Shown here: piece after piece, positions 8,429 to 18,501 of the stretch
Layout of the letters: the number at the start of each line of letters is the position of its first letter
Position numbering within the stretch: the first letter of the stretch is position 1
Assembly (NCBI GenBank): GCA_049700835.1
Contig: JBNAUL010000002.1
Location: 396,275 to 439,470, forward strand
Source: Candidatus Woesearchaeota archaeon
GTDB taxonomy: Archaea > Nanobdellota > Nanobdellia > Woesearchaeales > WAPY01
Direction: 5' to 3'
Length of the DNA stretch: 43,196 nucleotides
The notes under the pieces: model-generated
The model's input: only the letters and a program-made list of their open reading frames with translations
The model's database searches: none
What the model was told of the DNA's origin: nothing
Translations under genes and position numbers: made by a program

Positions 8429-10729
8429 TTAGAGCGTGCCGTTAATTATGTTTTTCTTGATATAGCGTTTATACCATTGCTCCCATTCAAATAAAATTTT
8501 GTTGCTGTCCAAAAAACCGACCTCTTCTTTAACAGAATCGCAAATTCTGTGGAATTGGTCGTTTCCTTGAATTACATGCTGTGCTTCCAACAAATCGTAC
8601 TTTTTTGTTTCCTCAGCATACTTTACCATTAATTCTTTTATTTTTGCCCTCATTAAAATATTGTTCCAAACAGCATCCCAATTTCCAGCCCATTCTTTAA
8701 CATTGCCTGCAATTGCTTTTATAACATCAGAGTCCCCGTTCTGCAAATCAGGAGTTACTTTTAGTTCGTCTGTTTTTGAATCATACTTCATCAAATCAAC
8801 AAAACCGTTTTCTAATAAAGGATCCTCCTCCCAGAATTTTCTTACTTCTGTTATTTGAGTTACTCTTCTCCATCTATGCAAACCATCAGAACTCCTTATT
8901 GGATTTGCAACTATTATTATGTCTGTTGCCTTGAAACTTGTTTTTGGAACCTGCAAGTCATTAACAACCCTGTCATAAACTCCGTAGGGAGAATCTCCGT
9001 GAATTGTTCCTGCAACAACATGAGCAAGAGCCCCAACTCTCATTGCTTCATACAGAGCCCTTGCTTCTGTGCTTCTAACCTCTCCTATTATTAAGCAAGA
9101 ATCTCCCATTCTAAGAGTAGTTCTTATTCCTTCGTCAGCAGGAACCTCTGAAGTGCCTTTTGTCATTGCGCTCGCAACCTTCATCGGCTGAATATTGTAA
9201 CCTATCTTTCTTAGAGAAGAAACAGGAAGTTCAAGAGTGTCTTCTATTGTTATTATCCTGTACTTTCTCATTATTTCTGTCATCAGAGATCCAAGTATCG
9301 ATGTTTTTCCTGCTGACCTTGTTCCTGCAACCAGCAATGTTCTTGAACCATCTATTATAAAGCTCAGTATTCCTGCTGCCAATGGGGTAATCATCCTGTT
9401 CTTTATAAATAATGGTAAGGTCCAAGGTTTGTCCCTGTGCCTTCTAAAAGCATACGCCAATCCATTTGGATTCAATGGTTCTGAAATAACAGCAACTCTT
9501 GCACTTGCTCCTGGAAGTTCTATTTCTGTGTCCAATATTGGATTTGCTTCGTCCAAAGGCCTTCCTGAAATCATTCTCAGTTTTGAAGCCCATGACTCTG
9601 CCTCTCCAATTGTTGGTATTATGTTTGTTATGCAATCCTCAAAATCTTGGTGGACAATAAAAATAGGGGTCTGCCCCATAGGGCTGTTTATGGTAACATC
9701 CTGAACTTTGTCATCCTGCAACAAAACCTCTATCAGCCCAAAACCAACAGTATATCTCACCAGTATTTCTGTAAGTTGTGTTATCTCTGAATCCTTTAGT
9801 TTTAATCCCTGATAAGAACCAAGCTCCTCTATCAAGTCATAGCCAACATTGTAGAAAACCTGTCTCATTCTGTGAGGATCCACGAACTCTGATTTCTTTG
9901 GCTTGTGCTCTGAGATTATCTTCCTTGCCATGTCAAGCAATTCATATTTTTCCTCAAACAACTTGAATTCAGGAGGCATTAAGTGATAAAGGTTTTGTAT
10001 TGAATCGTAGAGCTTGAATATAGTTACTTCTGTGTCAGGACCTATGAAGTATGTTGCTATCTCGTCTGCATTCTCAGGATAGGAAGCCATGAGTTTTGTG
10101 AACATGAAATCCGGCTTTATGCTCGGACTGAAGAACCTCCTGTAAAGGTCCCTTATTCCGAGAATATATCCTCCAATATTCGGCTTAGCAAGGATTATGA
10201 GTTTTGTCTGTTCAAGCTGTTTTATAAGATAGTTTAGAATTGAGATGTATTTTTCTCTTGCTTTTGCCTCGTCCTCGTCAGATGTTTTGTCGAGTTCTAT
10301 CTCTTCAATCCTTTTTAATCTCCTCAACTCTGCGTAAGCGCCCAATGGGTCGCTCTTAAGCAGATTGAATACAATCTCGTGGAGTTGGTTGTACCATGTA
10401 TTAACGAATTTTGTTGTCTTCAAACCTGAAGAAAGCGCATGATAACTTATGATGTCCTTTTCCTTAACTAATTTGTTGTAAAGATTCGCTATTTCCAAGA
10501 GGAGCTGCAGTTGGTTGAATTCATATTCAAAATCCCTTTTCTGAGAGAAAACAACCTTTGTTACATCCTTGTTCTCCAAGAGTTTTGTTATCACCGAAGC
10601 CATACAGGCAGGAGTGTCCTCTATTGAAGGAACAAAAGGACATTGAGAACAATCAATCTTTAGAACAGTGTCTTCTCCTTCCCTCACAATCTCGCTTGGA
10701 CAGCTTGCTCTTGTTATGTTTGCAGGCAT
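8429..10729 (-). CDS. Large type II/IV secretion system ATPase subunit (VirB11/ArlI-like) with N-terminal Cys motif
   Basis: Walker A AGTRSAGKTS, TIEDTLEL, CLIIGEVRSTEA, GTIHG; ~300-aa N-terminal extension beginning CPS...DCSQC...PACM. Confidence 0.92.
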   Translation of the reverse strand: MPANITRASCPSEIVREGEDTVLKIDCSQCPFVPSIEDTPACMASVITKLLENKDVTKVVFSQKRDFEYEFNQLQLLLEIANLYNKLVKEKDIISYHALSSGLKTTKFVNTWYNQLHEIVFNLLKSDPLGAYAELRRLKRIEEIELDKTSDEDEAKAREKYISILNYLIKQLEQTKLIILAKPNIGGYILGIRDLYRRFFSPSIKPDFMFTKLMASYPENADEIATYFIGPDTEVTIFKLYDSIQNLYHLMPPEFKLFEEKYELLDMARKIISEHKPKKSEFVDPHRMRQVFYNVGYDLIEELGSYQGLKLKDSEITQLTEILVRYTVGFGLIEVLLQDDKVQDVTINSPMGQTPIFIVHQDFEDCITNIIPTIGEAESWASKLRMISGRPLDEANPILDTEIELPGASARVAVISEPLNPNGLAYAFRRHRDKPWTLPLFIKNRMITPLAAGILSFIIDGSRTLLVAGTRSAGKTSILGSLMTEIMRKYRIITIEDTLELPVSSLRKIGYNIQPMKVASAMTKGTSEVPADEGIRTTLRMGDSCLIIGEVRSTEARALYEAMRVGALAHVVAGTIHGDSPYGVYDRVVNDLQVPKTSFKATDIIIVANPIRSSDGLHRWRRVTQITEVRKFWEEDPLLENGFVDLMKYDSKTDELKVTPDLQNGDSDVIKAIAGNVKEWAGNWDAVWNNILMRAKIKELMVKYAEETKKYDLLEAQHVIQGNDQFHRICDSVKEEVGFLDSNKILFEWEQWYKRYIKKNIINGTL

Positions 10730-10892
10730 TTTTTTATTTTTATTTTATCTACTTTTTTATGATAAAAAAACTTTATTAGTCCTTAATCTTGTTTAAGAGT
10801 AAAAGGACTTTCAAATAATAAAATATATTAAAATTCATTTATTTATAAATGTTTTTGTATTTTGTAAAACAGAACAAAAGGGTTGCAAAAAG

Positions 10893-13046
10893 ATGGCTTT
10901 CTCAGAAGAAGAGTTGAAGGATTTAATGCAGAAATACAAGGAAAGGATAAAGCAGAACTTGGTTATTGAAGATGAGCCAGGAGTAATCTCAAGGCAATAT
11001 TCTGAATTCAAGACAGAGCTTAAACCTGAGAAGGAAGGGCTTTACGAAAAACTATGCAACATAAGCGAAAAGATATTCAAGATAACTCCTGACAAAAAAA
11101 CAGAAGAGGCGTTGAAAGAGGCAATAGACATCTGCCATTTATCAATAACTCCTACAGGCGCTTTGAGTTTTGCAATACTATTCCCTTTGTTTTTAATCGT
11201 TGCCATGAGTTTAATCGGTTTCCTGATTTTCGGTTCTCTGATAGTTGTGCTGCTTGCTTTCATTTTAGGTTTAATACTCATGGTCATTTTCCAAAAGATG
11301 CCTTTTATACTCTCTGACAATTGGCGTTTGAAAGCAAGCAACCAAATGGTGCTATGCATATTCTATGTTGTAAGTTACATGAGGCACACTTCAAATCTTG
11401 AACTTGCAATAAACTTTGCAGCAGAACACTTGAGCCCTCCATTGGCAACAGACCTCAAGAAAGTTCTTTGGAATGTTGAAACCCAAAAGTATTCCTCTGT
11501 AAAGGAATCTCTTGACAATTACCTTGAAACATGGAAGAAGTGGAACATGGAGTTTGTTGAGGCGATGCACTTAATAGAATCTTCTTTGTATGAAAGTTCG
11601 GAAGACAGGAGAATAACTGCTCTTGAAAGAGCATTGCAATTGATTCTTGATGAAACATACGAGAGAATGCTTCATTACGCCCATAACCTAAAACAGCCAA
11701 TAACAATGCTGCACATGCTTGGAATAATACTTCCAATCTTAGGACTTGTAATCCTTCCTTTGGTTGTTAATTTCCTTGGAAATATAAAATGGTATCACCT
11801 TGCTGTTCTCTACAATGTGATGCTTCCAATTATCGTTTATTACATGGGGAGGGGTTTGTTGGAAAAGAGGCCTACTGGTTATGGAGATGTTGATATCTCA
11901 GAAACAAACCCTGAATACAAAAAGTTTTCAAACATAATAGTAAAGATTGGAAAATCAGAATTAAAGATAAGCCCAAAGGCAATAAGCGTATTCCTGCTTG
12001 TAAGCTGTATTTTGATAGGAATTATTCCGATTGCGCTGTACTACATCAGCCCTGATTTTGTCTCTGCAGTTGACAATACCTTTGAATCGTTCAAGTTTTT
12101 TGAATACAAGGAATCAACAATGCAGCCAGGAAAGATAATAGGTCCTTACGGCATAGGCGCTTCTGTTTTCAGTTTGTTCTTGACATGCGGAATTGGAATT
12201 TCAATTGGAATTTATTATTATTTGACTTCGAGGAATTTAGTTAAACTTAGGAACAGAACAAGGGACCTTGAAAAGGAGTTTGCATCTGCATTGTTTCAGC
12301 TCGGAAACAGGATTGGGGACGGACTTCCTGTTGAAATCGCCTGCCAAAAAGTAAGCGAAACAATGAAAGGAACGCTCTCTGGAAAATTCTTTGAGATAAT
12401 AAGCATAAATCTGCAAAAACTTGGGATGGGATTAAATCAAGCAATCTTTGACAAATCAAAAGGTGCACTAAGTTATTTTCCTTCAAACATGCTTGAAAGT
12501 TCGATGAAGGTATTTGTTGAAAGCGCAAAGAAAGGCCCTCTCGTTGTTTCAAATGCTCTGATGAATGTTTCAAGATACATCAAGGAGATGCACTCTGTAA
12601 ATGAAAGATTAAAGGACTTGCTTGGAGACATTATTTCTTCGATGAAAACCCAAATTTCTTTCATAACCCCTGCAATCGCAGGAATAGTTGTAGGTATAAC
12701 CTCAATGGTAACGACAATCATTGGAAAGCTTTCTGAGCAGTTAAGCGGAGGGGTTGAGGGTTCTGAACTTGGAGGAACCTATGAAATGATGAAAAGAATG
12801 TTTGGAGATGGAATTCCTACATATTATTTTCAGATTGTAGTTGGTATCTATGTAATTGAGATAATATACATACTTGCAATGCTCTCAAGCGGCATAGAAA
12901 ACGGTTCTGACAAGCTTGGGGAAAGAAATTACATTGGAAATTCCCTGATTAAAAGTTCCTTGCTCTACGGGCTTATTGCTTTTTTAGTCATGGTAATGTT
13001 TAATTTAATTGCTATTGGAATAATGAAGGGCACAGGGGTTATCTAA
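10893..13046 (+). CDS. Fused two-domain T2SS-F (TadB-TadC/ArlJ-like) membrane platform protein
   Basis: Two cytoplasmic T2SSF-like segments (YMRHTSNLELAINFAAEHL...; EFASALFQLGNRIGDGLPVEIA...), each flanked by TM helices; divergent from the 766-aa ATPase across a 163-bp spacer. Confidence 0.8.
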   Translation: MAFSEEELKDLMQKYKERIKQNLVIEDEPGVISRQYSEFKTELKPEKEGLYEKLCNISEKIFKITPDKKTEEALKEAIDICHLSITPTGALSFAILFPLFLIVAMSLIGFLIFGSLIVVLLAFILGLILMVIFQKMPFILSDNWRLKASNQMVLCIFYVVSYMRHTSNLELAINFAAEHLSPPLATDLKKVLWNVETQKYSSVKESLDNYLETWKKWNMEFVEAMHLIESSLYESSEDRRITALERALQLILDETYERMLHYAHNLKQPITMLHMLGIILPILGLVILPLVVNFLGNIKWYHLAVLYNVMLPIIVYYMGRGLLEKRPTGYGDVDISETNPEYKKFSNIIVKIGKSELKISPKAISVFLLVSCILIGIIPIALYYISPDFVSAVDNTFESFKFFEYKESTMQPGKIIGPYGIGASVFSLFLTCGIGISIGIYYYLTSRNLVKLRNRTRDLEKEFASALFQLGNRIGDGLPVEIACQKVSETMKGTLSGKFFEIISINLQKLGMGLNQAIFDKSKGALSYFPSNMLESSMKVFVESAKKGPLVVSNALMNVSRYIKEMHSVNERLKDLLGDIISSMKTQISFITPAIAGIVVGITSMVTTIIGKLSEQLSGGVEGSELGGTYEMMKRMFGDGIPTYYFQIVVGIYVIEIIYILAMLSSGIENGSDKLGERNYIGNSLIKSSLLYGLIAFLVMVMFNLIAIGIMKGTGVI

Positions 13047-13313
13047 TTCTTAATTCTTCATAATTCTTCATCAAAGCAAAGCAAAGAGCAATGGCAGTGA
13101 CAATGGCAAGGCAAGTTCAAAGCAATTGCAAAGCAACAGCAATAAAATTTTATGAAATCAAGATTCAATGTTTTAATTTTCAAGGTTTTAATTTGGTTTT
13201 GATTTTTTAGTTTAATTATAAAATTTTGCAAACCCTTCTTGAAAAACAAAAAATTTCGTTAAATTTATAAAGCAGTTATTAAAACAAAAATTAGTAAATT
13301 TTTGTTAAACAAA

Positions 13314-13385
13314 GCGCCGGTGGTCTAATGGCTATGACTGCGGCCTTCCAAGCCGTATGCCCGGGTTCGAATCCCGGCCGGCGCA
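13314..13385 (+). tRNA. tRNA-Gly (anticodon TCC), no intron, CCA not encoded
   Basis: Acceptor GCGCCGG/CCGGCGC plus discriminator A; anticodon stem GCGGC/GCCGT with loop CT-TCC-AA; T arm CCGGG-TTCGAAT-CCCGG. Confidence 0.97.
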
Positions 13386-13668
13386 TTTAAAAATTCAAAA
13401 AAAAGAAAAGAATAATAAAAAAGAAACTTCTTTAAAAAAATGCTTATTGGCTTAAAGTGCATTACTATTTTAAAGCAAAACTCATAGATTAATTTCTTTT
13501 AGAACCCCAACAATGAAATATTCCATTTTTGCATTTTTCTTTATTAAAAATGTTGCATTTGCCAAATCTCCAAGTGTTAGCTTCTAAAAGTCCTTTGCAA
13601 CTTTAACCTATCCTAAGTATTTTGAATCTTTTTAATATTTTAAATATTAACTTTTTGATTTTAGGATT

Positions 13669-14556
13669 TTATAGGTTTTCCAACGCCTTTATCCGCTCTT
13701 CAATAGGAGGATGCGTTGCAAACAGATTTGACAAAAAGTTTTTTGGCAGAGGATTTGAGATATAGAGGTGCGCTGTTGCTGTTGTTGCTCTCTTCATAGG
13801 AATGTTTTCCTGTTCTATCTTTTTGAGTGCTCCTATCAGACCCTTTGGATTGTGTGTGAGCAATGCAGAATCAGCATCTGCCAAAAACTCTCTTTTTCTT
13901 GAAATCGCAAACTTGATTATTTGGGCAAAGATCGGAGCCAAAGCAATAAATATCAGTCCTATTACCAAAATTACTAAATTAAGCCCTTCACTGTCCCTGC
14001 TTCTTTTTCTTCTGAAAGTCTCATACCAAAAATTTCTTATTGCAAAATCAGAGAGTATTGAGACAACTCCGACCAAAACCGCTGTTATTGTCATTATTCT
14101 CATATCATAATTTTTTATATGACTAATCTCATGCCCAATCACTCCTTCAAGCTCCTGCCTGCTGAGCTTTTTCAATGCACCTTCTGTGACTGCTATTGAA
14201 GCTCTTTGAGGAGAAGTTCCTGTTGCAAATGCGTTTATTGATTGTTCTGGCAGAACATAGATTTTTGGAACAGGAATTCCTGCTCCTGCAGCAAGTGCCT
14301 CGACACTGTTTACATAGTAAGGATAATCCTTTTTTTCAGCAGGATAAGCCCTTGTCATGGACAAAACTATCTTGTCTGAGTTATAATAACTTATTAAGGT
14401 TGTAGTCAATGAAATGATTAAAGCAACTATCAAACCAAGTGTCCCAAATCCTAAGAGATAATCAAATGCAAGCCCTAAGAGTAGTATGAACAGAATAAAG
14501 AAAAATATCAAAAAAAATGTTTTTCTCTTGTTTGATTCTATGCGCTTGTATATCAT
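13669..14556 (-). CDS. htpX: M48 family zinc metalloprotease HtpX
   Basis: INAFATG, ELEGVIGHEISH (HExxH), SRKREFLAD, FATHPPIEERI; downstream of lemA. ATG 14556 preferred over TTG 14574. Confidence 0.95.
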   Translation of the reverse strand: MIYKRIESNKRKTFFLIFFFILFILLLGLAFDYLLGFGTLGLIVALIISLTTTLISYYNSDKIVLSMTRAYPAEKKDYPYYVNSVEALAAGAGIPVPKIYVLPEQSINAFATGTSPQRASIAVTEGALKKLSRQELEGVIGHEISHIKNYDMRIMTITAVLVGVVSILSDFAIRNFWYETFRRKRSRDSEGLNLVILVIGLIFIALAPIFAQIIKFAISRKREFLADADSALLTHNPKGLIGALKKIEQENIPMKRATTATAHLYISNPLPKNFLSNLFATHPPIEERIKALENL

Positions 14557-14625
14557 TTTATCGTTTTTAGGCAAGCGTTAATAAAATTTAAAATTTAAAT
14601 CTGACTGCCAAACATTATTAATCTA

Positions 14626-15171
14626 TTAATCAAATTTCACTTTTGGCGCTTTTCTCTCTTCCTCTTTGATTTCAAACAATTCTGCTTTCTTGAACCCGAA
14701 GAGTTTTGCTATAATGTTTGTTGGGAAGGTCTCTATTTTCGTGTTCAGCATCATTACAGCATCGTTGTAAAACTGCCTTGAATACGCAATCTTGTTCTCT
14801 GTTCCTGCAAGTTCTTCCTGAAGCATCATAAAGTTCTCGTTTGCTTTTAGCTTTGGATAGTTTTCAACAACTGCAAATAGCGTTTTTAGGGTTGATTCAA
14901 GTGCAGAGTTTGCCTTTGCCTTTTCCTTTATTGTTTGGGCTTTGTTCAACATGTTCCTTGCTTCTGTTATTGATTGCAAAGTCTGCTTTTCATGCTTTGC
15001 ATAGCCCTTTACTGTTTCAACAAGATTTGGTATCAAATCAATCCTTCTCTTCAATTGCACATCAATCTGAGCCCATGCATTCTTTGCTCTGTTCTTCAAA
15101 ACAATCAAGCTGTTGTAGCTCAAAATAAAGTAAAGAACAAGCACTCCTAAGATAATCCATAACCAAAACAT
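14626..15171 (-). CDS. lemA: LemA family protein
   Basis: N-terminal TM; YNSL...[62 protein letters not shown]. Confidence 0.97.
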   Translation of the reverse strand: MFWLWIILGVLVLYFILSYNSLIVLKNRAKNAWAQIDVQLKRRIDLIPNLVETVKGYAKHEKQTLQSITEARNMLNKAQTIKEKAKANSALESTLKTLFAVVENYPKLKANENFMMLQEELAGTENKIAYSRQFYNDAVMMLNTKIETFPTNIIAKLFGFKKAELFEIKEEERKAPKVKFD

Positions 15172-15671
15172 TTTTCCACCCCTATTTTTTATTTTTTATG
15201 CTTTTTATTTTTTATTTTGTTATTTAAAAACTTTATTGTTTTTAAATTTTCCCTTGCATCGTTCGCATAATTTGCATGATTCTTTCTTTCATCTTTCTTG
15301 CATTTATATTTTAAAGTTCAATTTATAAACATTTCTCTTTTTTATTTCTCTATTTGAATTTTTGATGCTGCGAGCATTTCTAATACATTTTTAATTTTTA
15401 TTTTTTCCGCATCAATGATTATTGCACTCATAATTAAGCTGCTCTTAAAATCGCTGCACTCAACAAAAAATCAACAAAAATCAATGAAATTAAATAAATG
15501 AATCAATGAAATTAAATGAAAAGATTATTACTTATAGGTTTTATTCATAAATAAGTACATTATTTTAATCTTTTGATTTTTAATTTGTTTTGCAATGTTT
15601 TGCGCTGATTTGCAAGCGTTTTATTTGAAAATTGTTTTGCTTTATTTTGCCTTATTTCAACTTATTTCAAC

Positions 15672-17918
15672 TTATTTTTCTTCCTTAGAATCCTGATTCA
15701 GGTATTCATCATAAAAAGAATCCAAAACCCTTCTTATCTGTTTTGCCTTCTTGTCTCCGATGAGTTCTACTTTTTTTAATTCTTCTTCTGTGGCATTGAC
15801 TATGTTTTTCACTGTGCCGAATTTTTTCAGCAGCGGCTTTGAAAGCGCATTTCCAATTCCTGGGAAAGAAGAGATTATGTATTCTTGCTGTTCTTTTAGA
15901 GTTAATGGCTTCTTTGAATGAAGTTCAAAATTGTTCTGTTTTTTTTCTTGCTCTTTCTTTGCAATCATAAAGAGCAGTTCCGCTGTTTCCTTTGGATTCT
16001 TGGTCCAAAGCATCGGAATGCCGTAATTTATGATTATTGTGGTTAACATTCCATTTATAGCGTTCTTGTGAACCTGCCTTATGCTGTAGATATCCTCAAC
16101 GCCTTCAATCAGCATGAGCGGCCGTTCATAGTTCTCCTTCAAGGATTTTATCTGTTCAAGCAACCTTCCGTCTACTATTGAGTCAATGAAATCATAGGTT
16201 GTTTTAACTTCAACAGCAACCCTGTCGCTCAAAACATAGTCAGCGATTTCCAAACTCTTTAGTTCTATCTTTACTCCTAAATCTATCAACTCTTTTATTA
16301 TTCTTGAATTCTTTTCTCTGTGGTCAACAATTATGACTATGCTGTTGTTTTTTATGTAGTTTGTTAAGTTAGTATCCCTTTTCTTTTCCTTTTCTGGTTT
16401 AAGCATTAGTTCGTCTTTCAAGGAAAGCAGGGTTCTCTTCATCTTCTTCTCTTTGTTGAATGCAGCCCACATGTATGCTTCATCTCTTGTATCCTTTGTG
16501 TAGAGGATTACAACCATTCCTTCTTCCTGCCTTCCTGTCCTTCCCCTTCTCTGTATTTGCCTTATTGCGCTTGGTATTGGTTCATAAAAAATAACCAAAT
16601 CAACTTGTGGAATGTCAAGCCCTTCCTCTCCTACAGAGGTGCTTACAAGAACATTGAAGTTGTTGTTTCTGAAATCCTCAATTATCTGCTTTTGTTCTTT
16701 TTGACTAAGCCCTGTTTCCAATTTCTTCATCTGCCCAACAAAGATTTTTGCCTTTACTCCTTTCTTTTCCAGTTCATTTATTATCTTGTTTGCAGAGTCC
16801 CTATACTGCGTGAAGAGAATGATTTTAATGTCTGCCTTGCTCTTGATGTATTCGCTTATAATTTCAAGAACCCTTTTCATCTTTGGATGTTCAAAACCTC
16901 TATCGTAGAGCATCTGCGTTTTTGCAATCGCTGTTCTGAAATTCAGGTCTTTTGCCAAGTTTTTAACAGCCCTTACCTTTGTGTTTGAGACAGATTCCAA
17001 AAATCTTTCAAAGTAGCTCTTTAGCTGAGAAATCCCTTGCGTTTCAAGCAATTCTATTGCATGCTGTATCTTTATTGCTTGGGAAACAAGAGATGATGCC
17101 TGCATTAGGACATAGTTCTTGGTCTCGTTTATTTGAAGGTGCAACTCGTTTTGCAGGTTCAAGAGTTCCTTTTTTGTTATTCCCCTGCTTATGTCAGTTT
17201 CCAAGAGTTCGCTTGCCTTGGAGAGTTTTTCCTCGTAACTCTTCTTAAGAAGGTTCCTTATCTCAATGAACTCTGTTGGAAAAACAACCTCCTCCCAAAA
17301 GATTTTTATTTTCTTCACATAAGGGCTTACATCAGGATCCTTCTCTGTTCTTACTTCAATGTTTTCTATGAAAAGGTTCTTACAGACTTCTCTTATCTTT
17401 TCAATATTGCTTCCAGGAGATGCTGTCAATGCAAGTATCTTTGGAAAGTTTGCAGAGTTATGGTATTTTTCTGCAATAAAAACATAGGAGTAGTTACCAA
17501 CAGCCCTGTGTGCTTCATCAAAAACCATCAAACTTACATTTGAAATATCAATCCTTGAGGAAATTATATCATTTTCAAAACCCTGAGGGGTTGAAAATAC
17601 TACTCTTGCCTTTTCCCACATCAGAACCCTCTTTTTAGGGCTAACGCTTCCTGTAAAAACAGCAAAATGCTCTTCATCCAAGTTCAGGTATTTTTTAAAT
17701 GTCTGAATGTGCTGCTCGACCAATGGCCTTGTTGGAGCCAAAATAACAACCTTTGAGTTTGGTATTGAGTTTAACCTCTGAACAGCGAGCATCAAAGCAA
17801 TTGCTGTCTTTCCAAGCCCTGTTGGAAGCACAACAAGAGTATTGTAATTTATAGCAGTCCCTAATATTGTTTGCTGATAAAGCCTTGGCTCAAAATTTCT
17901 CAGTATAACCCGTTCCAT
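15672..17918 (-). CDS. hef: Hef (FANCM/ERCC4-like) DEAH helicase-nuclease
   Basis: PRLYQ, LPTGLGKT, FDEAHRA, LTASPG, QRRGRTGR helicase motifs; C-terminal ERCC4 nuclease (VDHRE, ADYVLSDRVAVEVKT) and HhH (FPGIG, ELIGDKKA). Confidence 0.95.
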   Translation of the reverse strand: MERVILRNFEPRLYQQTILGTAINYNTLVVLPTGLGKTAIALMLAVQRLNSIPNSKVVILAPTRPLVEQHIQTFKKYLNLDEEHFAVFTGSVSPKKRVLMWEKARVVFSTPQGFENDIISSRIDISNVSLMVFDEAHRAVGNYSYVFIAEKYHNSANFPKILALTASPGSNIEKIREVCKNLFIENIEVRTEKDPDVSPYVKKIKIFWEEVVFPTEFIEIRNLLKKSYEEKLSKASELLETDISRGITKKELLNLQNELHLQINETKNYVLMQASSLVSQAIKIQHAIELLETQGISQLKSYFERFLESVSNTKVRAVKNLAKDLNFRTAIAKTQMLYDRGFEHPKMKRVLEIISEYIKSKADIKIILFTQYRDSANKIINELEKKGVKAKIFVGQMKKLETGLSQKEQKQIIEDFRNNNFNVLVSTSVGEEGLDIPQVDLVIFYEPIPSAIRQIQRRGRTGRQEEGMVVILYTKDTRDEAYMWAAFNKEKKMKRTLLSLKDELMLKPEKEKKRDTNLTNYIKNNSIVIIVDHREKNSRIIKELIDLGVKIELKSLEIADYVLSDRVAVEVKTTYDFIDSIVDGRLLEQIKSLKENYERPLMLIEGVEDIYSIRQVHKNAINGMLTTIIINYGIPMLWTKNPKETAELLFMIAKKEQEKKQNNFELHSKKPLTLKEQQEYIISSFPGIGNALSKPLLKKFGTVKNIVNATEEELKKVELIGDKKAKQIRRVLDSFYDEYLNQDSKEEK

Positions 17919-17941
17919 AATGGTTAGAAAGTGCTCGTTTG

Positions 17942-17955
17942 TTTAAAAAGTTTTA
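17942..17955 (-). promoter_or_regulatory. Archaeal BRE/TATA-like promoter of hef (probably leaderless)
   Basis: Minus strand reads TAAAACTTTTTAAA ending ~23 nt before ATG 17918. A similar motif at similar spacing precedes 5253, 19242, 20712, 23019, 24769, 25082, 27258 and 41827. Confidence 0.6.
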
Positions 17956-18005
17956 CAAAATAGTTGTCTTGTGAATGCATTGCTTTCATTAAATTTAGAG
18001 TTTGT

Positions 18006-18344
18006 TTAAAGTTTTATTATGCGCCTGTCATAGAGAAAATAAGAGCCAAATGAAGAAATCAGGAAAACAGTTACTATGATTTTCCATTCCTGAAAAAGAT
18101 TTCCTATCAAATAACCTATTAGGAATGAGAACATCCACGCATACTTTGGGATCCTCTCCTTGTTGTACTCATCGTAAAGCAATGTTCCGAATAGAAAACC
18201 AAAAACAACAATAATCGCGTAAGAAACAAATCTTGACCTTGAGATTATTGCAATAAGAAATCCTGTGCATAGAAAGATGAACATTAGGAGTTCTATCCAA
18301 TTGTCCAAGATGCTAAGAGCCCTTTTCATAGGACCTTTGAACAC
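18006..18344 (-). CDS. Small 4-TM hypothetical membrane protein
   Basis: 112-aa ORF with four hydrophobic segments; start may be ATG 18329. Confidence 0.7.
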   Translation of the reverse strand: MFKGPMKRALSILDNWIELLMFIFLCTGFLIAIISRSRFVSYAIIVVFGFLFGTLLYDEYNKERIPKYAWMFSFLIGYLIGNLFQEWKIIVTVFLISSFGSYFLYDRRIIKL

Positions 18345-18501
18345 ATTCTTTCATCATTCTTTCATTATTCTCGCGCTTTGCTTTTACTTTGCTTTTAATC
18401 TTTTCTTCTGATTTTTTTCTTCTAAAAATGCTAAACATTCTAAGAATATAAACATTTCTATGCAAAAAATATTTTTAAAGACAGTGCAACGATAGTGCAT
18501 T

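Noticed and set aside
667..13046. Archaellum operon or conjugative T4SS
   Set aside because: No archaellin, ArlH/ArlF/ArlG, VirB4, VirD4 or relaxase recognisable. The TraB-family gene is the pheromone-shutdown type, not a conjugation marker.
13058..13249. 63-aa minus-strand ORF with CHCHC, over a GCAA-rich tract (~13071-13143)
   Set aside because: TTG start, no SD; the Cys/His pattern is a by-product of degenerate GCAA/GGCA repeats. Units are irregular with no spacers, so not a CRISPR array either.
13314..13385. tRNA-Gly as an integration site for a mobile element
   Set aside because: No duplicated tRNA 3' end and no integrase seen in the window; flanking genes are ordinary chromosomal genes.
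15440..15680. Short direct repeats between lemA and hef as a CRISPR array or replication origin
   Set aside because: Only 2-3 copies of 10-17 bp, no regular spacers, no cas or cdc6/orc gene or ORB-like G-string nearby.
16190..16250. Hef nuclease motif reads EVKT rather than ERK
   Set aside because: The acidic and Lys catalytic positions (D, E, K, D) remain; not enough to call it inactive.
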